This document shows positions 28,514-39,500 of a DNA stretch of 64,000 bases, in pieces. Origin of the DNA: Vicugna vicugna (taxonomy: Eukaryota); assembly GCA_013265495.1 (NCBI GenBank), contig MU058451.1, positions 2,084,167 through 2,148,166 on the forward strand, given 5' to 3'. Both the position numbers and the translations under genes were made by a program. The notes below the pieces were generated by a model. It saw only the letters and a list, made by a program, of their open reading frames with translations. It had not been told where the DNA came from and did not search any database. Each line of letters opens with the position of its first letter. Position 1 is the stretch's first letter.

Positions 28514-29325
28514 CGGAGACAGATAAATTATCTGTGATAGAAAACGTTTGTCATAGGTCAAAAAAAAAAAATCGTGATGCAGAGTGAGCATTCAAAGGAT
28601 ACTTCTCATGCTACAACTTAACAATCGATAAGGGAGGGAGGGATGTCAGTGACTGGCCTGATCCACCTTCCTGAGGGATCTCTGACTTAGCGGCACCCTG
28701 CTCCTTCAGTTCCCTGATTCTTATGGACTTAGTCCCACCAGGTACCATACTGGTGCTCCGTGGAGAGCAGTGAGAGAAAATATTAGACATCTGAAATCAG
28801 AAGAAATTTCTGAAGCCAAAAGAGCAAACACAGTAAGCCATATTCATGAATGTTCCTTGTATTTGTGTGGTAGCTTTCAAGCCAGCTTCTTGGGTCTCTG
28901 GCCCCCATCCCATCTCATGCTTGGCTTTTTTGCGCACTGGGCTTATAAGTGAGCTAATAAGAAAGAATTTCATAATTTTTTTAAAAAAAGATTGAAAATC
29001 TTTGCATGGGGGAAGTTATACTATGTATTCTATTGCTTAACCAAAGAATTCATTACATAGTGACCTCTACTGGAAAGAGCGAATGTTATCACCAGGGCTG
29101 ACAAAATAAGTAGGCAATTTTGTCTGTTTAATCAAGGAATTGGTTAATTTGGAAAGGCAATGCTGGTCAAATCTGTTATTTAAAGTAAGGCCCAATTGTA
29201 CTCTGAATATTTTTATTTTAAAGAAAGATTTTGTGAACTATTTCAAACTTTTGAAGTATAGAAAATAATACAATAAACACATACCTGCCACCCAGTCTTA
29301 TCAAATCTTAATATTTGAGCACACC

Positions 29326-29775
29326 ATTAAAGAGAAAACCACGGGCCTAAGATGATGCCACTTGTGCTAAAAGTCCATGATACCAAGCCTAGACTTCATA
29401 CCTGACTTAACTGTAGTTTTGACCTTCCCCAGAAAGGTAATCTTACTCAACTATCTACAAGTTTCTGGTTAGTATCAACAAGATGATCTGTTAAGTGGGC
29501 CTTCTTCATCTCCCTGAGGAAGAAGAGGCATCTGCATGATAAAACCTTCGCTTTTCCCTTCACCCCCCAAAAGATATCCTGGCCTAAAAATAATCCTTTC
29601 TTTCCCTTTACCAACAGCTCCCTTGCCCATCCTTTTTCCTATAAAAACCTTCCATTTTGTACAGCATCCTTGAGCACCCCCCTGTTTAATAGAGGGGGTT
29701 CTGCCTGATTCTTAAATTGCTGAATAAAGCCAATTAGGTCTTCAAATTTACCCAGCTGAACATTGTTTTTTAACA
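29326..29775 (+). mobile_element. ERV1-type solo LTR
   Basis: TATAAAA at 29640, AATAAA at ~29723, ends ttaaca. Confidence 0.7.
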
Positions 29776-29846
29776 CTTCAGGTCATTTTTTAGTAGGACA
29801 ATTCTGTCTACATGAAGCCCCCCTGTCCCTTCTATTGTGGGCACAA

Positions 29847-30297
29847 TGCGGCGGCTGGTGACGTGGTGACCCGTGGGTTGGTAAAAGAATTTACCAGAGA
29901 TAAAGTATGAGAATAGAAAGGAGTTTATTAGGGTACACTGCTGTAGACAACAGGGGGCCACGCAGATGAGAGGTGACTGTGCGAGTGAGCTCCAAGGGCT
30001 GGTTATTGGGGTCTTTTATAAGGTCAGGCCACAAGATGCCTGATCGGCTTGTGCACAAGTCTCTGACTGGCTGTAGGTAAGGTAAGAGTTTTAGGGTCTG
30101 TAAAGGGGTTTGACTCTGATAAGGTGGGCTGAAACAAGCCAGCCTGTGCTGTTGTGACATTAGGCGTCACCTAGGGCTTTGTTAGCGGAAACACACCCAG
30201 TAAAGAAAGTACTTATCTGTTGAGGGATCGCAGGCAGACATCTGAGAGCCCAGGAATGGGGGTTGTTGGACTCTGAAGGATATCAGTTGGCCCAACA
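29847..30297 (-). mobile_element. ERV LTR (minus strand, relatively CpG-retaining)
   Basis: Minus strand starts TGTTGGG, has TATAAAA (30014-30020) and AATAAA (29924-29929), ends CA; boundaries uncertain. Confidence 0.6.
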
Positions 30298-30330
30298 CCT
30301 CCCCTTCATCCCCTCTCAAGAGGGTACTGC

Positions 30331-30933
30331 TGAAACCGAGCAGGACCCTGTGAGGCCTCCCCGGGTACAAAAGCCTTTCTGACTACCCCATTTCTCATTT
30401 GTAGGAAAAAAGTTTTAGCTTCCTAGATCTTCCTTGAGTTCCAAAGGGCAGATTCAAACAGTTGCTAAACAGGGAAGGGAGGAAATGTAGAAACAAAGGA
30501 AAGGCAGTCAAGAAACAATAGTGCAGCCTTGGGGCAGGGGCCTGGTTTCCCCCAAGGGATATGTATAGCAATCTGGTAAGTGTCTCTGAGTTCTTCCGTT
30601 GAAACTAAGGCCCCCCTCCAGGTGGAGGTTGGTAACTTCAGGCTGAGCACCAATCTTGGACTCCAGACTGGTTGCAACCGGAAGGCTGGCGATCGAGATT
30701 CCTGATGATTGAGATTCCACCCTGATATCTCACTCCCAACAATCAGAGGAAAGTCGCACACCCTGCAGCCCTTCCAGCAAATTTTGCCTGTAAAAACTCT
30801 TCCCTGAAAACCATCCGGGAGATCAGGCTTTTTGAGCGCAAGCCACCTGTTCTCCTTGCTTAGCCCTTGCAGTAAACCTTTCTCTACTCCAAACTCTGAT
30901 GTTTCCATTTGTTTGGTCTCATTGTCCAAAACA
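30331..30933 (+). mobile_element. ERV1-type LTR related to 23702-24202
   Basis: tgaaaccgagcaggaccct start matches the reverse complement of the 24202 end; caacaatcagagga and ttgcagtaaacctttc motifs. Confidence 0.7.
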
Positions 30934-31010
30934 CTACTTGGTATTTATCTTTCAAAGTATGAATATTTTCATACTTCTTCATATAAATGAATTATGTATG
31001 TATGTGTGTA

Positions 31011-31129
31011 TTTTTTGGTAGAGGGGGTAGTTGTATTTTTTATTTACTCTTAGAGGAGGTACTGGGAATTGAACTCAGGACCTCATGAATGCTAAGCATG
31101 TGCTCTACCACTTGAGCTATACTCTCCCC
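31011..31129 (-). mobile_element. Vic-1-like SINE
   Basis: gaggtactgggaattgaactcaggacctcatgaatgctaagcatgtgctctaccacttgagctata. Confidence 0.88.
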
Positions 31130-31582
31130 TCATATAAATATATTTATATATAAAATAGGGTATAATGTTGCAAAATTTACATTTTTATGTAAATGGAATC
31201 TCACACACACACACACCCCTTTCTGAAATTCACACTTCCTGCCTGTTGTATTGGCTTGCTATTGCAATCATACCCCTCTCAAGGGAAAAGAAAGCAAAAC
31301 TTTTGAGATTTAACCTGATGGGGAAAACATGATTCTTCATAATAGAGGTACGTAGGATAGAGCTGCTGAAGGGATTTTGTACAAAAATGTTTGAAAACCA
31401 GGACAAGCAGCATTATTAGTGACAAATTAATATCATTGTTAGTGACAAATACTCAACATCATAAACATAAGAATTTAAGAAACTTATGGGTTTCAAAGTG
31501 TTCTTTAGAAAACAGTCCAAGGAGGAAACAGTCTTGGGAATTATAACAGCAGGCGGAATGTCTTCTAGGTTTTGAGGGATTC

Positions 31583-31974
31583 TGTGTTAGTTAACTTAGT
31601 CTGTCATATAAAATACCACAAATGGGGTGGCTTAAACAACAGAAATTTATTTTCTCATAGTTCTGAAGGCCAGGGAGTCAAGATCAAGGTGCTGGCTGAT
31701 TTGATTCTGAGTGAAGGCTCTCTTCCTGGCTTATAGACAGCTACCTTCTCACTGTGTCTACATAGCTGGGGAAGGAGAGAGGGTGGAGAGTGAGATCTTC
31801 GATGTCTTTTCTTATAAGGATACCAATCTTATTGGATCAGGGCCCCACCCTTATGACCACATTTAATCTGAATTACTTCCTTATAGGCCCTATCTCCAAG
31901 TACAGTCGCATTGAGGGTTAGGGCTTCAACATATGATTTGGGAGTGGGGGGAGTGCACAATTCAGTCCATAGCA
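31583..31974 (-). mobile_element. MLT1A/B-like MaLR LTR, full length
   Basis: ggcttaaacaacagaaatttat...cacaattcagtccatagca; 5-bp TSD gattc/gaatc. Confidence 0.85.
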
Positions 31975-32425
31975 GAATCTTTCCACAGTATCGCTGTCCG
32001 GTGGTCATTCAGCCATTACATCAGTGATTCTAGTGATAAGAAATTAGTACCTGGCAATACTTCATTGCAGTAAAATAAATAAATAAATAAATAACCCCCT
32101 CCTCCCCAAAATAAAGGCTTTGATGATGTTGGATGTTATAAACAGAAAGGTTTTTAAAGTAAACTTTTTATTCAGTTATAACGCATATACTGAAAAGTGC
32201 CTAAATCATGTTCAATGAATTTTCATAAAGTGACTACACTGATGTAACTATTACCCACACAGAGAAATAGAATATAACCAGACTCCCTCCTCCCATCCCC
32301 TTTTGTGCTTGAGAGTAAGTTTCCAAATTCAGAAATATTCACTTATTGTTGTACAAGCTAAAATCTACAGTCTATTTCAGACTTTGACTGAAATTCATTT
32401 CCATAATAATATACTCTTTCTGGAG

Positions 32426-32609
32426 CAATTAATTCTCAAAATTTGGTTCCCAGACAAGCAGCCTCATTATCACCTGTGAACTTAAGACTTGCAAATTCAA
32501 GGATCCCAGTCCAGCCCTACAGAGCAGAAACTCTGGAGGTGGGGCCGAGCAATCTGTTTTAATAAGCCCCGGGGCTGATTCTGAGGCCTGTGGGTTTGGA
32601 GAAGCATGG
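32426..32609 (+). mobile_element. MER5A hAT-Charlie fossil
   Basis: cagaaactctggaggtggggccgagcaatctgttttaataagccc. Confidence 0.8.
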
Positions 32610-32869
32610 ATCTAGGTCTGTTGGAAGAGTGTTGGTTCGCGATCGAAGAGTAACTGTTAAGCGAATACTGGAATCTAAAGCGTTACGCTTGAATAACGGT
32701 GACAAGTTTTAATCACCTCTTTTTGAAACACACTGCGGGTAACAGGCTTTTCCATTTTAACCAACTGTATTGTTGTTCTAGTCAATGTTGCATTTTAGCA
32801 CGAGGATAAAGCAGCCCGCTCAGCTCCTACCCTCTTTCCCAGCACAGTTAGAACTTGTTCAGTTTACCA

Positions 32870-33560
32870 ACAAACTGGCGCCCTAGAGCCGCGGGGAATT
32901 CAAGGTCAAGGGGCGGGAGCAGGTCTCGGCCAATCAGAAGCCAGGCTCGAGTCTCTCGCCCATCCCAGCGGTGTGATTGGTGGTTTCCCGCGGGCGGAAG
33001 CGATCCTCGGCGGCTCCGCCCCGCGACCTCCAGCACAAGCCAATCGTCTCCCGGCGCTGGAAAGAGCAGAAGCCGCGCGAGCGATTTAACATGGCGGAGG
33101 ACGCAGCCTCAGCGGCTCCGAGCCCGCGAGGGCGTGCTGACGGGGAGGATGCGGGCCCCTCGGAGGAGCGGACGGTGGAAACGGCGAGAGAGAATCAGGA
33201 ACAGTTTGAGTGCCAGGAACTGCTCGAATGCCAGGTGCAGTTGGAGGCCCCAGAGGAAGAGGAGGACTCGGGCCTGGTAGCTGAGGCCGAGGCGGTAGCT
33301 GCCGGCTGGATGCTCGATTTCCTCTGCCTCTCTCTTTGCCGGGCCTTCCGTGACGGCCGCTCCGACGACTTCCACCGGACCCGCGACAGCGCCGAGGGTG
33401 AGTGCCAGGCGCGGGCCCGGGGGTCTGGTTTGCCGCGCTGTCCTCCCGGGGGGTGGGGGTGTCGGGGCTCCTGCGGCGCCGGAGCGAGGGCTCCAGGCTC
33501 CGAGTTGAACGTTAGTTCGAATTCCGCGTCGGCCTCTTAGCAACTCCTCGTTTTGCTCAG
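32870..33560 (+). promoter_or_regulatory. TERF1 CpG-island, TATA-less promoter
   Basis: High GC and CpG. CCAAT at 32930 and 33040, ATTGG at 32976, GC boxes at 32910 and 33017, E2F-type TTTCCCGC at 32984, ETS-like CGGAAG at 32995, TCAAGGTCA at 32900. Confidence 0.88.
33091..33397 (+). CDS. TERF1: TERF1 coding exon 1 (acidic domain, start of TRFH)
   Basis: aacATGGcg start; [18 protein letters not shown]...[30 protein letters not shown]; donor G|GTGAGT at 33398. Confidence 0.97.
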
Positions 33561-36500
33561 ATTCTCAGTTTTTCTCCGGTAACGGTAGAATGAGAATAAG
33601 ACCCCCGGCTAGAGTTGCTAGAGGGTTAAATGAGTGGAAAATGTATAAAATTGCACCTAACCTAGTGTCCAACTCCTTTTCTTTGGCGCGTGTATTTTTT
33701 TTTTTTGAACTGAGTTATTCCTGCAATGGCATTTATTTAGCAAGTCACTGTGACCTAGGCTTCAGTGTTTTCTATGAATTTGTGAGCTGTTTAAATCAGT
33801 ATAGGCTTCATAATAGAGGTAACCGACGGTGAAATCCGCCTAAATAATGCAGCTTGTAAACGATGGACAAAGACATTGACGCGTAGAGACTAGCTGGCTT
33901 TTTTGAATGATGCTCTAGTATTTGTTTAGTTGGCACCCAACTATTGCAGCTGAGTGCAGCCCCAAAGCTAGTGTTTAGTGGAAAATTAAATACTTCAGAA
34001 AACCATATTGACACATTTCTTGTTCACGGTTATCCCATGAGTTACAAAAGTAATCTCAGTTTATAGAGGAGTGAACTAGTTAAGCAACCTAAAGTATTGA
34101 TAGGTAGGTTAAAAAGATTGTTCTAGACCCATGCCTTATCATCCAATTCAAGAACCGTTCCTCTGTGTCCGGATAACATTACAGCCGTGGTTAATTAACA
34201 TTAATTAGAAAGTTAAATCCTGGAATGAAGCCAGTTCACCATAATTAGAATTTTTAAAAAGTCCTGTTTGGGGAGGAGGTAATGATATATTTCCTTGTTC
34301 TCTCAGATGAAAGGGCACTGAAGCAATGTAACCCTAGTAGCAACTGCTACACTTAGTACCCGGGTCTTGGTTTCTAATACCATTCTTCAGAGAAATTGCC
34401 TGATTCTAGGACTGGGACAGGAAATATGCAAGTTGAACCTGGAGTGTCTGTGACAGAAAGTAAGGAAGTGCTAGAAACAAAGCCAAACAAGACTCCCAAA
34501 CAAACAAAAACTCCCACAAAGAAGGGGGCCCAAGGGGACACAAGAGCCAATTACAAGAACTCCCAGTGGCCAAAGCTGAAATAACTCAAGCAAGAAAGTA
34601 AAGTACAGTTGACCCTTAAACAACAGGTTTGAACTGTACCTGTCCACTTACGTGCCAGTTTTGTTTTATTTTGTTTGCATAGTAAGTACTACAGTACTAC
34701 ACGATCTGTGGTTGGTTAAGGCCGGCTATAAAGTTACACAGGTATTTTCAACTGCTCAGAGGATCAGGGCCCCTAACCCACACATTGTTCAGGAGTCAAC
34801 AGTAGTGTTGGATTATAATCCAAAGTATACAGTATCTGTAAGCCCATACTGATGTAAATAAATGGCAGAATAAATACATGAGTGGGAGAAGAGACAAATC
34901 TCCTATACAGAAGAATTCCTCTGTCCTCAAGGAGATGGGGCATAAATTACCATTCCTTAAGTATAGGCTGTGCGAAGTGACTTTCTTCTGAAGAGTGTAG
35001 TGTAGAAAGGGAGAGGAAGAATAACTTTTGGTAGAGAAACCTGACAAACACTGCCTTACCTAGGTAATCAAGGTCAACGTCAGCAGTGATGGTTGGTAGC
35101 TTGTACACTTGATATAATGTGATGAAAATGGAACTTTACCCCTGTGATCTTCTTCCCGAAACCCTGTAATTCTAGTCTAATCATGAGAAAAACTTCAGAC
35201 AAAGCCCAATAGAGAGGTACAGTCTACAAAATACCTCAAAACTGTCAAGGTCATCGAAACCAAGGGAAAGTCTGAGAAACTTACAGCCAAGAGATCCCTA
35301 AAGAGACATGACAGCTAAATGTAATGTGGTACCTTGGATGGAATCCTGCGGCAGAAAAAAGATGTTAAGTAAAAGCTAAGGAAATCTGAATAAAGCATGG
35401 ACTCTAATTAATGATGTATCAATATTGGTTAATTACTGTATCAAATACTAACATAAGATGCCAATAATAGGGGGAACTTGGTAGAGGGTATATGGGACTT
35501 ACACTGTCTTTCTTCACTACATTCTGTGAATTTAAAACCATTCTAAAAAGTAAAGTTCATTTAAGAAAAAATAAATAAATAAAGACGCCTTTCAAGGTTC
35601 TAGCCCAAGACCCAAGGAATAATCTAGGCCACCTCTATTACTTTAGGATTAAAGGCACAGAAACCCAGAAAGAGTAAACTAGTTTTCAATTTGCATTGCT
35701 AAATTAGTGACAGATATACAAATTGTGAACATAGTGTTGTCTCAATATTCCATTTTTTTAAAAATTGAAGTATAGTTGATTTACATCTGCATTCCATTTT
35801 TGACTGAAAGGACTTCCTTTTATGAACTCTTCTGTAGAGTTCCATTTACTACAGTTTTCAAGATTGTAAAAATATACAACAAAGAGCATGCAGCTCCCAA
35901 GTGAATTGAGTTTGATCTCTGGCTCTGCTAGTTTATAGCCATGATACTTGAAGCAAGTACTTGGTACCACCACCGTTTCCTTGGTACCACAATTTCCATC
36001 TGTAAAATGATAGTAATAATAATATCTACCCTAAAGGGCTGTTGAGAGAAGCAAATGGACTAATGTATATAAAGCAGAGTCTCTCAGTCTCAGCCTGTTG
36101 ACATTTTGTACCACATCATCCTTTGTTCTGGGTATGCTAGGGATGGGGGGCAGGGGGGCGGTGCAGGGGTAGAGATTCTCCTGTGCATTATAGGATCCCT
36201 GATCTCAACCACTAGGTGTCAGTAGCACCCACTCCTCCCCCTTTCCACTTATGACAATTAAAAAATGTCTCTAGCTATCGTCCCTAGGGGACAAATCACC
36301 CCCAGTTGAAAACTACTGGTTAAAAAAAAAAAGGAGGCGGGGGGAGAAAACCACTGGTATAAAGTGCTTACAATAGTGCCTGGTGTTAAAGTGCTTAAGT
36401 GTAGTTGTTGCTGTCATCAGCTCCTCCCTCATGTGTTTTTGTCAGCAGTGTTTGGTTACAGGTATGGAAAAAGCAGATAACCAGGTTCAACCAGGGTAGA

Positions 36501-39500
36501 TTTTCATAGTTTTTGTTTTGTTTTTTGCCTAACGGGTACAAAGAATAGAAGGTCAATGGTTTGTGGGATATCTGTAGTGATTGCATAGTAGACACACTGA
36601 AGATGAAGAGAAGTGAAGACAGAAGGGATCTGGACTTTCTTCCCTTGACTAGATTAGATCTTTCTTTTGTTTGCTCCTATACCGCACTTATCCTTTATGA
36701 CACATTAACATTTTAATTAGTCACGAATAACTTTAATTTGTGCCTTCTCAGACTTTATTTCCTCAGAGAAACCTTTCCTGGTATCTGCTCCCTCTAATCA
36801 GCTACTGAAATACATTCTAAGATTTCTTTGTAATATGCGTTCATAGCATTTTGTACTTGTCTTTTTCAGTTTTCTCCACAATTTTGCTTTAGTTGTTCAG
36901 TCATTTGTCTTTTATTGCTACATGATAAACCTGTTGAAGACCAGGATTATGGTTTACTCATCATTGTACATACTCACTGCCTAGCATAACATCTGGGTGG
37001 GCATTCAAATATTGGGGAGATTAATATTAATATATTTTTAAAAGCTTTGTAAACTGAACGGAGTCTCACTGAAACCTTGACAGAATTAATATGTTTCCTA
37101 TAATATTAGGCATTTTAAGGTATAAAGTTGGGTTCCAACCGATGATTTGACACATTTTATAAATTTGGATCTAAATCTCCCTCTTTGTTACTTGTGATGC
37201 TTACTTTGATACTTGTGATACTTAATGCTACTTGTGAAAGTATGTAGTTTTTGGTTTTGTTTTTTAGGTGTTTTTTTTTTCGGGGGGCAGGTAAATAGGT
37301 TTATTTATTTAATTTTTTTTTTTTAATGGAGGTACTGGGAACTGAACCCAGGTCTTCCTGCATGCTAAGCATACACTCTACCACTTGAGCTATACCTTCA
37401 TCCTGGAAAGTATGTGGTTTTAAATAGGTATTATTCTGCATATGAAACCTCAGTTTTATTTTGAAAGAAAAGTGTTCATTGTTATTCTTTTTTCTGATTC
37501 CTTAAAAATTGTCTATAAGTAAAGCATACATCTCTAAATTTGTAATAGTCTTTGGGTGAGATTTATAGTCTGTTACTCAGTAAACCACACAGAGGCACTG
37601 CTGGGTCAAATTTGGTGTTCTGTTTTGTTTTATGTTTTAGTAAAAATCACTTTTTCACTTTCAGCTATTATTCATGGACTGTCCAGTCTAACAGCTTATC
37701 AACTGAAAACTATATACATATGTCAATTTTTGACAAGAATTTCAGCAGGAAAAGCCCTTGGTAAATATGTTTTTTTTTTAATTGAAGAATAGTCAGTTTA
37801 CAATGTTGTGTTAATTTCTGGTGTATGGCATAGTAATAGTTATACATATATATTACTTTTCATATTCTTTTTCATTACAGGCTATTACAAGGTATTAAAT
37901 ATAGTTCCCTGTGCTATACAGTAGGACCTTGTTGTGTATCGGTAAATATGTGTTTTTATCTTTCAAGTAAGTTCCCAGGTGATTGTGATGCTTATTGGGG
38001 AACCATGCTCCGTGGACTCTGTCTTAAAGATATCACTGAATTTGACTGGATGGTAACTTTGTGATGACTCTTGTTACTATCATACATAACACTGTTTTTT
38101 ACTGGCAGTTGTGATACTTGAAACCTCTTATTTGACCTTGATTTCAGGACTTACTCAATAATAGAATGTGATTTATAGTTAAAATAGCTTTCTCCTTTGT
38201 CCTCATAGTTTATTTTAGATTGCAGCGGCCAAGCCTGGTTCAGTTTATCAGTAATGGCTGATATTTACAACATGGTCATTTAAAGGACCTTTTGATGCAA
38301 ATAATTACATATTGTTTCTTACAATTTACAAAATGCTTTCCCAATAGTCTCCAGTGGTAGGCAATAATTATACAAAACCGTTTACTTATAAACATGTTGC
38401 ATTACATAAAATCCCAGTGTATTAGTACCATTCTCATGGCCTTAACTAATCTGGCTCTGGCTCATGTTGTGTGCTTTGTTGTGGGGATGAGGTTAGGTCT
38501 GGCATTGGTGCCAGGACCATAAGTGAATTAAGACTAGAGGCAGAGTAGATACTGGGGAGACAGTAGATACGTAGGCTGGGCTAGTGGCTGAAGAAAACAG
38601 GCTGATGTAGACGCAAAGAATTCCTGACCATGCAGTCCACAAGTTAACATGGTTAACAGAGTTGTTTTGTAAATGTAACAAAATATTCTAAAGGTGCTCA
38701 GTTGGACTTTGCATATAGCAGTTGTTCAGTATATCTTCGCTTCTCCCTCCAACAACCTTTCTTCCCCCAAAAAAGGTGGAAAAAAATCCCTATTTTGTGT
38801 GTGATCCCATTGTTTAGTCTTGGAATTCACCGGGATCCTCTTTTTGGTACATCTTAGATGTAATAGGCCAAGGTCAGTGATCAAGAATCAATACATTTCA
38901 CTATAATGGACTCAAGTGTGGCAGCATTTAAAGTTTCTTTTTAAGTCATATATTGGATTTTCAGCTATATGTAACCCTTTTGCACTTTTTTTCTTTTAGT
39001 GATTGCTGTATAGCAGCACTGCCTAATAGAAATATAGTGTGACCCACATACATGGTCAAAACTTTTCTAATAGCTATGTTAAATAAAGTAGAAACAAATT
39101 GGTGGGATTAATTTTAGCAATATCTTATTTAATCCAATATTTCTAAAATACATGTCAACGTATAATCAGTATAAAACATGCTAATGAGATATTTTACCAC
39201 TTTTTTTTTCAGTAGGTCTTTGAAATCTGTTGTGTATTTTACACTTAAAGTACATCTCAGTTTGGACTAGCTGTGCTTTAACTGCCCAATAATTATGTAT
39301 AGCTAGTGGCTACCATATATTAACTTGAATCTTCTGTCCCACTTAGCCTTAATTTATGGCAAATGTCTTGCAGGGGAAACTTTTGTTTATGGCAGGCTCC
39401 CTGCTCTCCCTCCTCATAAAGGGACTTGATTTCTGAAGATCTGTGCAACTCTGGGAGATTTCCCTACCTTTCCACTCCAGCTTCCCTACCTTTCCACCCC

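Noticed and set aside
31914..31923. TTAGGG near the TERF1 promoter as an autoregulatory telomeric site
   Set aside because: It is a single hexamer inside an MLT1 LTR; I saw no tandem TTAGGG array in the window.
32977..33540. 187-aa ORF suggesting an N-terminally extended or intron-reading TRF1
   Set aside because: It has a non-ATG start among promoter motifs. TRF1 homology begins at ATG 33091 and ends at the GTGAGT donor at 33398.
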